DNA of 64,000 nucleotides. Origin: Lama guanicoe. Lineage: Eukaryota. Shown here one piece after another: positions 49,849-63,790 of the stretch. Numbering within the stretch: position 1 is the stretch's first letter; the number at the start of each line of letters is the position of its first letter. The translations under genes and the position numbers were made by a program. A model generated the notes under the pieces. The model saw only the letters and a list, made by a program, of their open reading frames with translations, did no database searches and was not told where the DNA came from. The stretch is taken from assembly GCA_013239625.1 (NCBI GenBank), contig MU055083.1, positions 1,423,819-1,487,818 on the forward strand, given 5' to 3'.

Positions 49849-51420
49849 CTCAGCATACAGTGAAATATTCCTCTTTAGGATATTGTAGGGAAGACATATG
49901 ATAAAGTCTGAATTTCAGAACAGGTGAAGAAAGAAACGTAGTTTCAATTCTTCTATGTGAATTAGAAAAGCAAAACATTCCTGGAATATTTTACTAAGCA
50001 GAGATTCTTGGACCTATTTTAATAACTATATATTAAACTTTACTTTCTTACATGTAAAATAAGTGCTTCTAAAGTACGAAACAACTTGTTCTTCCTAAGT
50101 AATTTAAACATCCTTACATTTTTAGAGTAGCTCATCTTTGATTGTTACCATTTGATTTCTGGGTTACCAAAGTGATTTTAACAACATTTTCATTATAAAG
50201 TATAACAGTTGTTACTCAGACGCCTTTTAGTGTAAAAGTCATTCATATTTTTGTGTCCACCTCTGTAAATGACAGATATTCTCCCAAATCTTAATATACA
50301 TTGGCCACAAACTTTCTGGTTATTCTGACTCTCCCCAAGAAGGCTGTTAATGCATTTTTTTTCATGGGGGGTCCTGAAGCTTGTGAGAGGCTTTGCATCT
50401 AATTTCACTGGGTGCCTTGAGCCAGCCATTAACTTCTTCTGACCCATTTATTCAACTATAAAAAGAAAAGGTTGGACTAGATGATGCCTGAGGTTGCTTC
50501 CAGCTCTGACACTTCATGAGTTATTTTTGAAGAACATTTGGAAAATTGGTGCTACTTAATTTTCAGGTATAAGGTGTTCATTGTATGAGTACTACAAGGC
50601 TAGTCTCTCTGATGTAGAAGTTTTAAAGATAAGGGACTATCCGGTGTTCTATATTATTTGCAAAATTCCCTCTTAGAGCCTTAATATGTACTTAGAGAAT
50701 ACTCTTTAAAGAATATCCAGAAACCTAGCTCTCCCAACAAGCAGAGTTGAGTCTGAAACAGTGGCAGTCTGCAGTGTTCAGAGTGACAGGCAAGCTTGAG
50801 TGAACTGGTGACTGGCACTGCATGGCCAGTAGCCATTTCCCCTTGCTTTCTAGTTCTGTTCTGTCCTGGAGTGACAGAATTGGGTAGAGTATTCAGAGTT
50901 GATAATGAAAGCATGAAATTGAGCTTCAGGCTTTGTTAGGCAGTGAGTTGGGCAAGAGGTTCAGCAGTGGCAGGCCTGTGAGGAGGCTCTGAGCTTTGTA
51001 AAGGGAGAAATCTGATGTTCAGCGGATAAAGCTAAAGTGGGAATCCCAGATGAAACTTGGACAGATTTTCTTAGTGAGGTTGTTGCTCTCCTAGCTAGCT
51101 TTTATTAATCCTACCTCATGCAGCATATTCTTGTCTCAGAGTTTAAAGGCACTGCATGACAGTGGACAGCTCTTAAGGGTCCTGCCAAGGACAGGGACTG
51201 TGCTGTTGTACCTTGTTTACTCTTGGCTGTGCAAAAAATAATACTCAATAAGTGGTTATTCGGTGATTGCATGAATGAATGCCTAGTTACCTAATTCCTT
51301 AGATCTCTGCCCTGGAGCAGAGTGATGTGAGGATTAAGTAAAATGATGGAGATAGGTGTACCTTATAAAACTGTACATTGTTATAAAGTTTTCAGTTGTT
51401 ACAGTGAAAATCATGGTGGT

Positions 51421-51877
51421 TGTAGTGGGTGGAATGTGACCTTCCAAAAGATACGTCCGCGTCTTAATCCCTGGAACTTGTATTACCTTACGTGATAAAA
51501 GAGTAGCTATTGTATGGCAAAAGATATGATCAAGGATTCTGACAGGAGATGTTTATCCTGGATTATCGGGGGGGGGGAGCTAATTCCAGTGATGAAAGTG
51601 ATGTGAGAGTGAGGCAGAGATGTGACAGATGGAAAAGAGGGACCACAGAAGCAGAAATTGATGTGAGGGGTCCACAAGTCAAGGAATGCCAGCAGCCACC
51701 AGAAGCTGGAAGACGCAGAGAACCAGTTCTCCCCTAGGGCATCCAGAAGGAGTGTGGCTCTGTCGACACCTTGATTTTAGATTTCTGTCCTCCAGAACCG
51801 TGACAGAATACATTTCGATTGCGATAAGCCACCCAATTTGTGGTAATTTGTTACAGCAGCCACAGGAAACTAATACA
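51421..51877 (+). mobile_element. MLT1C/D-like solo LTR
   Basis: tgtagtgggtggaatg...caagtcaaggaatgccagcagccaccagaagctggaaga...gtggtaatttgttacagcagccacaggaaactaataca. Confidence 0.9.
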
Positions 51878-54800
51878 ATTATTAATAATAATCCATTTGT
51901 TCTCTTCAGATAAAGTTGTTTCAGCCTTATTGCTGTGGATGGACAGTGAGGTTTAGCATAGAAATTTTTAAAATTATGTGTAGAAACAATGTTTATTTTT
52001 AAATTTTTCTCTGTGATGATGTGAAGAGGTACTAACTGAAGAAAAGTAAAGAAAACAGGTACCGGGAAGCTTGTGGACTGAGTTTAACGGACTTAGCTAA
52101 GTAGCTCTAAAAGAAGTACAATTTTCACCCATTTTACTTTATACTGTTGATCTAAAAATAACTGACAACATAATCCCCCTGATTTTAAGGTCCAAATTCA
52201 GCTTCTAAAGACTTGCTGACACGTTTTTAAAAAAGAAAGACCATGAACTCACTAGGTCTGTTGGTTAAAAGTTCTGCATCCATTTCTCACCCTGCCCTTT
52301 AAAAACTTTGGTTTTCATCCCATAAATTACACCNNNNNNNNNNNNNNNNNNNNNNNNNNNNNNNNNNNNNNNNNNNNNNNNNNNNNNNNNNNNNNNNNNN
52401 NNNNNNNNNNNNNNNNNNNNNNNNNNNNNNNNNNNNNNNNNNNNNNNNNNNNNNNNNNNNNNNNNNNNNNNNNNNNNNNNNNNNNNNNNNNNNNNNNNNN
52501 NNNNNNNNNNNNNNNNNNNNNNNNNNNNNAGCTCAAAATATGCCAAGCGCCAAGTCTCTGCACTTTGACATTTTTGCTGCGTGTGTTGTCTGTAAAGGCT
52601 GTGTACCTTATCTATGATTTTTTTTACACCTCCCCTGGCCCAGCCCTTCTCCTTTCTGGCTGCACTCCTTGGCTTCTTTTCCTCACTGTATTTACATAGA
52701 CTCCCTTGCTTTTTACAATGTTTGGTTTGTGTAGTAACTTCAACACTGTCTTAGATCTGGAATCATACAAATGCTCTCCTGGCTGGCAGTTGCCTCTGCG
52801 GATTATGGTGTGTGGTGAGCTGAGCTGTGAATGCCAGTGTAGCCGTTCGGCTACAGCTGGTTCTCATTCTGAGTGAGAGAGATTGAGAAGCCCAACAGAG
52901 ATAAGGGGAGAGATGATACTGCATTAACTCTAGTCAGTGAAGTTACCCATGCTAGACAGAGGAAGGCAGTCCACTGAAGTCCAAGGAGATGGTCTGGTTT
53001 TACCTTGGCCAAGATGTGATTATTTGAACCCTTTGGGAATTGGCCTTTATCCGAGTCTACGTTTACGTGGCTGGCTGGAGAATATGTAGAGGGGGTTCTC
53101 GGATTACCTGCTTTGTAGACCAGAGTGGGCTAGAACTTTAAAGAATTCCTTGCCTGGCCTGCCCTTATCCGTCCTTTTTAATGGTGTGATGAAAGGGAAA
53201 GAAAAAAAGGCAGTGGAGCCCTAGGCTGGGTGAAAAAGAAAGGATAGAGGATAGTCCTCAGGGAGTGAAAATGGAGCCAGGAACTCTTGGAGGGGTTTGA
53301 CTCTGTGACAGACTAGAGAAAGTCAGCTTTCTTGTTGGATGAACATAGTGGATTCAGGGGCATCTTAAGTGGACTTAAATAGAAACTAAGACATGGCTAA
53401 AGAAGTGCTTCTCTAAAAGTATGTATGGTTGTTAAAGAAGTCATGAAATGTTAGAGCCAACTAGTCACTTAAGAAGTCATCTAGTCCAGTCTTTTCGTTT
53501 TATGTTTGAGGAAATTGAGGCCCCTGGATCAGATGAATTGACCGATATGCCACGGTTTATCAGTAGAAGATTTGGGACTAAAAATGTATGCTCATTGACT
53601 TCTGGTCATCATTCTTCTTAGTCTGCTCCACTATTCCTTACATTGGATTCAAAAGAAGCCGCTCTTTCATATCCTCCTCGTGCTTCATTCTTCCTTTTCC
53701 CACCCTCTCCCCCCATCGATGTTGCACTTTTACTGGAAATAAAATAAATGATGTAAATGTTTTGAATTTTTAAATACTGCACTTTCAGGTCAAGAGAGCA
53801 ATTAAGTTCTTGCAAGTTTTATTTTTTTTAGTCTAAAGGTCACCTAAAATATCTTATTTATAGGGTGAGAGAAATAGGCTAGGATATGTCTGCTCACACT
53901 TTGCAAGCATATCACAATATCTTCTCCCTAAGTACTTAATAGAACCCAAATTTTGCATATCATGTTTTGAAGCATTTTCCCTTCTTTTTAATGAATGAAT
54001 GAATAAATGAATGTATAATTTATTGCATACTTTTATGTGCAGGCACTTTCCTGAGTGCTTTCCCTGCACTACCTTGTTGAATTCTCTCAGTAATACTGGG
54101 AGCTAGTGCTATTATTATCATCCCTATTTTCCACATGAGGGTATTGAGAGTTAGAGAAACATATTTGCTCAAGGTTCACAGCATTTCCTCATCTTAAATC
54201 CTCATTGCCTGAGGAAGCTCATACAGTAGCTTCGTATCTGATTTCCCTGCCTCTAGTCTTCTCCTTAAATCCAGGAATGATAAGCAGGCTATTTAGTGGC
54301 CAGTGGGAATGAGTGCTTACTATAAACAACCAGTGTGGCCATACCAATGCATATGGGAGGAATATCCCTGCTGCTTAAATCTATCTAGACAGCTGTGAAA
54401 TTCTGTGACTGACCTTCTCCAAAATTTTGGGCAGGTCCCTATTGCCGGCAGAATCAACATGCAGATTTCTTACCATGGACTTTAGTAAAGTCCTCGTGTG
54501 ATCTGATCTCATTTCTACTTTCATTCTTACCTAATTTCTCACTACTGTCCTTTATTCAGTTTATGCCCCAACCAATCTTGACTACTCATCATTCCCCAGA
54601 TAACGATTTTTCTGCTCTCTGTGCCCTGTTGACACTCTGACTGCTTCCCAGTCTGTTTCCTCCTCACTGTGGACTAACCTCTCTCTCTGGGCCCAGCTCA
54701 GATGTTGGTTACATCCTCTATGGCAACTTTTTTTATACCCACAAACGTCAGTAAACTTTTACTTCGTGTGGACAGACAACTTTTTTTGTTGTTGTTACTT

Positions 54801-55011
54801 CTCATTTGGCACCTAATTCATTTTACAAATAGTAGTTACACACATTTCTTGCCTACCCTAATGGATTTTAAACTCTTTAAGGTCAGGGACCATGTGTAAT
54901 ACAACGCTGTATCTCCCTTACAGTGCCTGACACTTGAGTGTTCAACAAGTATTTATCAAATTGAACTGAATATATGTCATAGTAATATTTATGATGGGGC
55001 TATTGCTATTA

Positions 55012-55854
55012 CAGTAGTTCCCCCTTATCCATGGTTTCACTTTCTGCAGTGTTAGTAACCATCGGTCACTTGAGGTCTGAGACTATTAAATGGAAAATTC
55101 CAGAAATAAACAGTTCATGAGTTTTAAGTTGTCACCATTCTGAGTAGAAATTTCTGACGAAATTCTCCTGTTGTCCTGCCCCATCCCACCCAGGATATGA
55201 ATCATCTCTTTGTGTGAATCATCCCTTTGTCCAGTGTATCCCGCCCCTTAGTCACTTAGTAGCCATCTTGGTTATCAGACCCACTGTTGCGGATCGCAGT
55301 GCTTGTGTTCAGGTAACCCTTATTTTAGTTAATAATGGTCCCAAAGCACAAGAGTAGCGATGCTGGCAATTCGGTTATGTCAAAGAGANNNNNNNNNNNN
55401 NNNNNNNNNNNNNNNNNNNNNNNNNNNNNNNNNNNNNNNNNNNNNNNNNNNNNNNNNNNNNNNNNNNNNNNNNNNNNNNNNNNNNNNNNNNNNNNNNNNN
55501 NNNNNNNNNNNNNNNNNTTCCTGCTAGTTTTTGTTGTTGCACCTAAAATTTCAAAAGTTATGGCCCTAGTGCGTAAGTGCTTAGTTAAGATGGAAAAGGC
55601 ATTAAATCTGTACAATAAGATATTGTGAAAGAGAGAACATCAGCCTTAATTTTTATTACAGTATATTGTTATAACAGTTCTATTTTATTATTACTGTTAA
55701 TCTCTTACTGTGCCTAATTTATAAATTAAAATTTATCATAGGTATCTATGTATAAGAAAAAACAGTATATGTAGGGTTATGTGCTATCCATGGTTTCAGG
55801 CATCCACTGAGTGTTGGCACATACCCCCTGTGGGTGGGTAGGAGGGGACTACTC
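55012..55854 (+). mobile_element. MER44 (non-autonomous Tigger7 derivative) DNA transposon
   Basis: TIRs cagtagttcccccttatcc / gggactactc are flanked by TA. The internal remnant MVPKHKSSDAGNS...CLVKMEKALNLYNK resembles the Tigger transposase N-terminus. Confidence 0.85.
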
Positions 55855-56525
55855 TATATTCATTTTGTGATTGGGTCACCGTAGGCATAAAGATCATAAG
55901 ATTTGTCCAGGGGATTTAAAGACTAAGACCAGATCCACATTATCTTGATGACTAGTCGGTACCCCTTTCTCAAGACACTGAGATGTCACCATAAGGTTTT
56001 TCCAGAAAAGACTGTGGACTGGGAGCACATTTTTTAACCTCTGAGCTATACATCAAAAGTGTCAGCTCTGCTGGAACAAAGTCCAAAGAATGAGGAATCT
56101 TAGGTCCAACTGGATTTGGGTTACTGTAGGCTGATGGCTCATTCTCTTCTCTTTTTCTCTGGGATAGTGAATTAATTAATACAGTTTTCTTTCTCTTGGA
56201 ATTATCAATGGGTTACTGGGTAAAAATTATATTCTGATCAGTACCTCTTCTGGCAGTGATTTTTCTTTCCAGTATTGGAGACTACTGCTACCCACCACAG
56301 TGGCTGATGCAGCTTTTATTAACACTGTGATTTATCTGTAGCTTTTTTGTAAGCCTTTGTTTAAAAACTCACATTTCCCTGAGTCTACATTTTAACCAAA
56401 TCAACAGGCTGTTTGCACACTGTGGTCTTTAAATTAGCCCAGATTGCTGTTCTTTCTCATGCTTGGTTCTCATCCCCTCCACTCTGCCCCTTCTTCCTTT
56501 TACCTCTGAAGAAGCAAACTGTTAC

Positions 56526-56604
56526 CTGAATGAAATCTAAAACTTGCTGGTGTCTTTGTTTGGCAGCTGCAACTTCGCTGTCTGAGATTGCTTCCCTCAG
56601 GGAC
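56526..56604 (-). CDS. ANKFN1: ANKFN1 third-from-last coding exon, visible 3' part (SLREAISDSEVAAAKQRHQQVLDFIQ); 5' part and acceptor lie in the N gap 56605-56808
   Basis: Minus-strand translation matches recalled ANKFN1. Donor CAG|gtaac at 56526/56525 is phase 0, compatible with the next exon starting CAA. Missed by the ORF track. Confidence 0.92.
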
Positions 56605-56971
56605 NNNNNNNNNNNNNNNNNNNNNNNNNNNNNNNNNNNNNNNNNNNNNNNNNNNNNNNNNNNNNNNNNNNNNNNNNNNNNNNNNNNNNNNNNNNNNNNN
56701 NNNNNNNNNNNNNNNNNNNNNNNNNNNNNNNNNNNNNNNNNNNNNNNNNNNNNNNNNNNNNNNNNNNNNNNNNNNNNNNNNNNNNNNNNNNNNNNNNNNN
56801 NNNNNNNNAAATATTAGGCCATAAATAAATTATAAATGTGCTCTTAAGGGGCCAGTTGTCTGGCTTTAGTCAGACAGTATTCCCTTTTAAGGGTTACCAA
56901 GTCCTGGTAAAGTATGGGGAAGTGGGGTTCGCTCAAGCTGCAGTTTATGTTCAGCCCCTAAGGTTGTGCTG

Positions 56972-56975
<4 letters not shown>

Positions 56976-57007
<32 letters not shown>
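56976..57007 (+). repeat. (AC)16 perfect microsatellite
   Basis: Read directly; 32 bp uninterrupted. Confidence 0.95.
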
Positions 57008-57009
<2 letters not shown>

Positions 57010-58179
57010 CTGAAAAAATATGTTTGCTTGTCACTTTAAAGAAAAAAAAAGCCAACTAGCAACTTGAAACCTAGTTTTCATTGCCATGTCTGATTTCCAG
57101 TATGTATCTTGTATGTTCCTTTCCAAGGCCAGAAGTCCCAGAAGATACAAGACATGCTTTTCTCAGGGTGTATTTTGTCTTTTGTCTGGCTGGGAAACTT
57201 CCCTAAAGACCTAGTATGATAGGTGTGATCCTCCTGCCTCTCTGCTCCTCAGCTCCTCTGGAAGGATATGGGGCTGATGCTTGACAGATAGTTTTTGTCT
57301 TCAGCACACTTGGCCTTCCTCTCTTAAAAAACCGTGGGCCAGAGGCCAGAGGAAACAGCCTAACCTTCATCTCCATCATGGAGGAGGGAGAGAGGAGCGT
57401 GGGACTCAGCTTGGTGCAGGCAACATGAGGTGGTCAGATTTTTCTCTGACTGGCTCTGATCACATACCATAACTTCAGATTCCAGTAGGATGAGGAAGGC
57501 ATCTTAACTCAGACAAGTGTAGTACCTGTCTCTTCCAGGCCATTGATGAATTTGGAGACTCTCTCTCCAGGAACCTCACTTACTCTGTGTACCTCTGACC
57601 TGTACAGTGCATTTTATGCTTTGGAAACAGGTCTGTTATAACTCAGCAGATCTGTGGAAACATTTTTATTCTGGCTTATTTGGTGAGGAATTCTAGGAAG
57701 AATGTCTCATGCTGTTGATTCCTGAGACCCAGACCTAGCCATTTAGGGAAGCTAAGACCACACTACCTCATAATGGGGCATCTGGTCACTTTTGCACCTC
57801 AACGAGGAAGCCCTACTTCTCTGCGCATTGAAAGATTTTTGTGCACCCTAAAATTCGCCTGCTTCCTTGCTTGATTTCCTCTTAGGATGAAACTCAGGTG
57901 AGTGTAAGGATAACCTGCTCTGTTTGTATTTTGTCATATTTAAGCGGTAGAGAAGAACGGAGTGAGGGCTGCAGTGGCCCATCCTTATTTGAGCTCTGCA
58001 TCATTTCAAGGAGTTATTTCTGAATTCAGGTAGTTTCAGTCCTGGGGTTGATTTTCCTCTCTGGTGTCAGATCCTTCCTTCTCACTTCCTCTGCTCTAGC
58101 ACTTCCTAAATGGCAAACTATTAAGCTCTTCCCAAGTAATCTATTTTTCATGCTTTTCTCTGATTACAGACGTCTTTAG

Positions 58180-58705
58180 AGCTCCTTCTTGACTCAGGAT
58201 AAAATCCAAACATCGCTAGGAAGAAAACTTGTGATCCAGGATTTGAATATATCTTCAGTCATATCTTTTATCATGCAACAGCCCTCCACCCATGTTGCCC
58301 CTATGCTTGGGTCAGGCTGAACCTACTGAAGTCTTTTTGTACTTCCAAGCTAGTGAACATGGTGTTCCCTTCTCCTCCAGCACCCTTCTCTACCAATGCC
58401 TTCAGGTCAGCTTCTTCTGATACTTGAAAATTCAACTTAAATGTCTTGTTCTCAGTGAAATCTTCACTGACACCTCTTTCCCTCTAGGCAGAATTAATTT
58501 CTCTCCTTTGTGCTCCTAGACCACTTGTTTGTAAATGTATCAGGACTCTTACTCATCCTGCTTTACTGTAATAATGTGTTTACTTGATTGGCTTGGTATT
58601 AAGACTGTGATTTCTTTGAGGGCAAGAATCATGTCTTCAGTTAACTTTTATTTCCTCAAACCTGAAACATTATAGCTTTGCAGTTAATGTTTATTGACTG
58701 AATGA
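58180..58705. mobile_element. L2 fragment
   Basis: caggataaaatccaaac...agactgtgatttctttgagggcaagaatcatgtctt...ttgactgaatgaa. Confidence 0.7.
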
Positions 58706-60374
58706 ACAACAACAAACACCCTGATCTGAAGACGGCAGACCCTTCCTCCAAAGTCTCCTCTTTCCCTCTATTCTTTCTTTTCTCAAGGTGCTCTTGATTT
58801 TCCTGTTTCAAAAGGTGTACTTCAGGTCTGTGATATTTACTGGCAGTTCTACAGGAAAGAGTCACCATTACTTTGTAGTTTACTCTTGACCCTGGTAGCT
58901 CCCTGAATGTGTCTTTATGCCTTTCAAGGAGGGATTATATCCTGTTCACACTTGACAGATGTCCTCTCTTGGCTGGGGAGTGAACAGAGTGAAGTGCCTC
59001 ACAGTCTGCCTTTCCAAACCAAGTTGTTAAAAAAAAAATCAGCTTTTTTCCTTTTTTCTGAAATATGACTGGGAAGATAGTGAGAGGCACTGAAGAATTT
59101 CTTTAAAGGAAATACTATCAGTCCCGTCTGAATTCAAAAATGCCAGGGTGTCCACAGCTTTCTCTTGTTGTGTCTCCTTGTGGTAAGAGCCTTGGATCAG
59201 TGGGTGGTCTCCCAGCACCCACACCGCCCGTGCCACTCACCACAGTGAGCTGTGAGGACCTTTCAGTGACAGCGACAGGGCTGCACTTTCTTGCTCCAGT
59301 GGTTTTTATCCAGAGCCTTTAATGTTACTTTAACAAATGTTACTTTAACATAGTCTTTTGTGGTTTAGCAATGATACATTCGGTAGCCATCACTGAGGAG
59401 GGGAGGATAGACTGGAAGCTTCTAATTTTTTTCTAATGTGAATCACATGCATTTTATAGGCAAATGCTATAAGGATACAGAAATGCATTATCCGGACTGC
59501 ATGATTTGTTAGTAATTTACTAAGACTAATTTTCTGTGGTGTTCTCTTTCTCTCTCTCTCTCTTTTTCTGTATAAGATAATGAAGACTCAAATGCTGTCA
59601 GCACCAACACTAGAAGTCAGATTAGGAGTATGGTAGAGTAGAACTTACTCAGGCTTAGATATCAGACAGAACTGGGTTTGAACCATAGTTTTTTTTTTTT
59701 CCCGCAAGAATTTAAATTATTCATATCAACACTTTTTGATTTAAAGACCAATAAATGACATCTAGATAACAATATTTTACCTACTATAAAGCCCCCTTTA
59801 GCTCCAATGCCAAAGGAGAAATATTTTTTTAAATCATAGTTCTGCCACTTACTGCCTTTGCAATAATAAGCATATAACCTCAGGGAGCCTCAGTTTCCTC
59901 ATATCTAAGACAGGGATAGTGATGCCTACCCAGGATTCAACAATATAATATATATCAAGTGCCCAGCACAGCAGGTGGCACATATTAGATACAAAATAAA
60001 TTTCTGTCCACATCCCTACCCCATCCTCCTGGGGAATCATGATGCATTTAGTAGTTAGAGTATTAGAATGGGATTGAGACTGGAATGTTCTTCCTAAATA
60101 ACTCAATAAAGTCCTGATCAGTCTGGACCATGTGGCCTAGTTTGGAAGCTAAGGAATCAATAAGATTACCTCCTAGGGTCAGTTTAGTTCCATGATTCTT
60201 TGCCAAGGTGTCAGAAAGAACCTGGGTATGAGATACCGCTCTAAAGATTCCTGGTAGTGAATGAGTTGACAGTTGGAATTCAGGAATGGTATCCTAAATC
60301 ATGAAAAATGGGCATTAGGAATGAGGGTTGAGACTGTGCCATTTCTTGTAAGCCTGTGGCCTGGATTCCATTAG

Positions 60375-61310
60375 GCTCAATGCCTGGATATCCCACAGGC
60401 ACCTCTAACAAAACTCATCATTTGTCAAACTGAACTAACTCATCATCTCTCCCCTCCCCCAAACCTGTTCCTCCCCTCTTATTTCCTGTTTTGGTAGATG
60501 GCAACATTATCCATCTCAGAATCCTATTCAGACTCTCTGGCTCCTCCATCTTACTCTTCAGCCGCATTAAATCAATCACAAAGTCCTATTGATTTTAACT
60601 CCTAAATTCCTCTTGCCTCTGCCTTCTCTTGTGTACCCCTGCTGTGGCAGTCTCAGTTTGGGTTCTTATCACTGCCCACCTGGGCCAGTCTCTTTCTTAA
60701 CTGTCTCATTGCCTCTAGTCTCAGCCTCTTTTCTGCTCTTCTGAAATCCACAGAGTTGCTAAAACCTAGTAAGACTGTATTATTTCTTTTCTTAAAATCT
60801 TTTATGACTCCTCATTGCCTATAGGATAAAGTCTAACCTTTTTAGGATGGCATAGCCCTTTGTGATTTTGTACTTTTTTAATTTTTAGTTTCATCTCCTG
60901 TCACTCTTCCTGGGGTACCTTAAGCACCTGTCACAATGAGTACACAATTAAGAGTGTACTTAATTGGGCTGCGTTTTCTAAGCCTTTGTGCATGCTGCTC
61001 CTTCTGCTTAAAGTGATTTTCCTTTTCTACTCTGCCTTTTCTTTCTTTTTCTGAATGTTTACTTACCCTTCAAGGTCTAGCTCAAATATTGCCTCCTTAA
61101 GAAAGGATTAATTGTCTTTCCCCTGAAATTCAACAGCCTACCTCTTACAGCAGGGTTTTCATTGCATTGAGACTGTTGGTATAGATGTCTGTATTCTCCA
61201 CTGGATTCTAGGCTTCTGGTGGGGAGATTGTGTCCTGTTAATGTCTGCATGTGCAGCCCCAGCACAGTACTTGGCATACAGTGGAGACTCAGTAAGTGTT
61301 TGTTGAATGA
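60375..61310. mobile_element. L2 fragment
   Basis: ccccaaacctgttcctcc...cccagcacagtacttggcatacagtggagactcagtaagtgtttgttgaatga. Confidence 0.8.
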
Positions 61311-62903
61311 AGGATGCAGCCAAGCACTAAAGTGTGAAATGTATACCAGGCTTCAAACTGTTTTTTAAAAATTCCCCAGTTTCTTGGTCTTCCTAGTCCA
61401 GTCAATATGAATCATAGAGCCAAGGAAATCGATAAAAGAACTTTCCTTTTCATAGGCCTGCTTTCAATTGTGGCTGCCCACAGGGTTACGGCAGGGCGAC
61501 CTCCTCAGTGCAGGCTAGACAAATCCTTGAGGCCACATCACTGGACAGAGTTTCTAAGGGCTTTTCCTTTCATTTCTGGGAACAGCATAAATAGTGACCC
61601 TTGTCAGCCCCTAGGCACATTCTTTATTACTGCAGAGGAGTGCTAGCCTGCTTCTCTCCAAAGGGTAGGGTGTGTCAGCCCTCATGCTGTGGAGGGGGGA
61701 GTGGGTATGCAGTTGTACTACTTTGCTTCAGCTCAACCCTGCTCATAGAGGTCTTGCAGCATCCTTCTGTATGATGGCCTCTCTCTCCCCCACAAGTAAT
61801 CCAATGAAGGAATACCCTACGGCTTTGCCCCAGCCTAGTCTTTCCTCCGGAAGACAGAGGGCTAAGCTCCTCTGTCATTTTGTCCTTGCTAGATCTAGTA
61901 AGTGCTGGAATAGGCACAGATGCAGCTTTCCATAGCTGGTTAGCAGGTTAATTATGGTTCACTGAGGCCATTGGCAGGAACATGATCAGGGTGCCAAATC
62001 TCAAGTCCTTTGCCTGAGACAGGGAAGACTTATACAAGTCAAACTGAAATAGAGTGTAACATTTTATTCTGCTATAGTGTACATATTCCCATAATTTGCA
62101 TTTTTTCAAGTTTTGTTATTAAAATTTTGGAGTTCTGACTGAATTTCCAACAACATTCTCTTTCTCAGAAATGCTTAGTGTATCAGTTGAGCTTTTAGTG
62201 TGGACCTATCTGTGAAAGATCGAAGTCCCAACTTATAAAAAAAACAAGTGAAAATTGCTTAGCACTTTTCCTGGAGGGGCTTAGGCCCACTAGAGCAAGC
62301 TCTTAGATGAACTATTAATGCTTAGCAGGCTTATGTCTGACGGAGGAAATAACTCTGATAATCTGCCTCTTTGAAAGCTCTCATTGCTTGAGGACGAGAG
62401 AGAGTTTATCATGATTCTTACTAAGGCCCAGTAATATTTAAAAAATTGGTGCTAGTGGTGCTCGAGTACGTTAAGCGTAGTACTAGAGTGTATTAATTTC
62501 CCGCTACTGGCAACATATTCTTCTGAGCCCTAGAAAAGGCTAATAGAATTGTGTATGCCAGTGGAAACAAGCCTAACCAAGTGGTCTTTTCTGGAAACTT
62601 ACATGGTCTTCATTATTCAGCTAGATCACCAGTGGTACGGTAATGAGGGAGAACCAGGAGGGTAAGAAGTTATGTTTTACTCTAGGAAAAAAATATCTTA
62701 AAGTCAGGAACTATTGAGACCCAGGTTTTGATCTATGGCCTGGTTTTCATAGATGAAGGCCAGTTCCTAATGGCCTTACATTACTTTTGGTGTTAAGAAA
62801 AGGTAAGGCAGGTCAGAGATAGGCCCTGTTGGATTCTATTACTATGCTAACCACAATCCTACTTCTGTTAAGTTCCTAAAGTGTCTTTTTCTCTGTGTCT
62901 AGG

Positions 62904-63051
62904 CAGTACTACTTCGTGTGGTGTTAGAAATGCAGATTCTCCAGCCCCTTCCCAGACCTACTGACTCAGCATCTCTGGAGTGGGACTCCAAGAAACTATG
63001 TTAACAAGCTTTCTGAGTGTTTCTTATGCACACCAAAGTTTGAGTAACACT
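62904..63051. mobile_element. MER5A-like hAT-Charlie element
   Basis: gttagaaatgcagattctccagcccc...cagacctactgactcag...aaagtttgagtaacactg. Confidence 0.8.
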
Positions 63052-63284
63052 GTCCTTGGGCATTATATCCTAGAGTATGTTTTCTGTGGGTTTTTAGTAA
63101 GTGCCATGCCCAAAATGGTTTGTCATTGCCAAATGAATTTGGAAAATGCTGGGTTAAACAAAGTTAAGCTAACTAGCTAGTTATGCATATACGTGTGTAT
63201 GTGTGTATGTATGTGTGTGTGTGTTTAGGGGGACTACCAGATTGTGCAGAGCTTTTAACACATTACTCTACTACTCAGACTTCT

Positions 63285-63790
63285 CCACTGAATTTCCAGT
63301 ACACTTAAAGTAACATCCAAAGTCCTTATCATGATCTGGGAAGCCCTTCCAGGTCTGTCTCCCGCTGACCTTCTGATCTCACTTCCTGTCTTTGTTGTTC
63401 TTGCTTACCACACCCCACCTATGCTGATCTCTTAGCCAAGCACACTCTTGCTGTAAGGCCTTTGCAATCGCTGTTTTCATTGCATGGAAATCTCAGGTCT
63501 CTGCTCAAATATATCTTCTGTAGAGAGGCCTACCCAGGTCCTCCTATACAAAATTGCAGTCCCTGTCACTTCAGTCCCTTACCAAGATTCATTTTTCCCT
63601 CATAGCCCTCACTGCTGCCTGACATTTACAGTATTGTTTGTTGATTGGCTCACTGTTTCTCTCCCTCACTGGAGTGTAAGCTCCACAAGGAGTTTGTTCG
63701 TTGCTGATTCTTTAGTACCTGGAATAGTGCCTGGCACATAGTAGGTAACTTAATAAGTAGTTATTGATGAATTCATGAACAAATGAGTGA
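63285..63790. mobile_element. L2 fragment
   Basis: ggagtgtaagctccacaagg...aatagtgcctggcacatagtagg...ttgatgaa. Confidence 0.75.

Noticed and set aside
55335-55628. Transposase-like ORF
   Set aside because: It is a short remnant inside non-autonomous MER44 with no catalytic DDD domain, so not a gene.
2236-56824. ORFs spanning runs of X, and the nine N blocks (2300-2447, 5707-5901, 15593-15754, 25889-26028, 26853-26984, 31481-31620, 52334-52529, 55389-55517, 56605-56808) as a possible spaced array
   Set aside because: These are assembly gaps or masking of unequal length, with no shared flanks or periodicity. The ORFs stay open only because N codons contain no stops.
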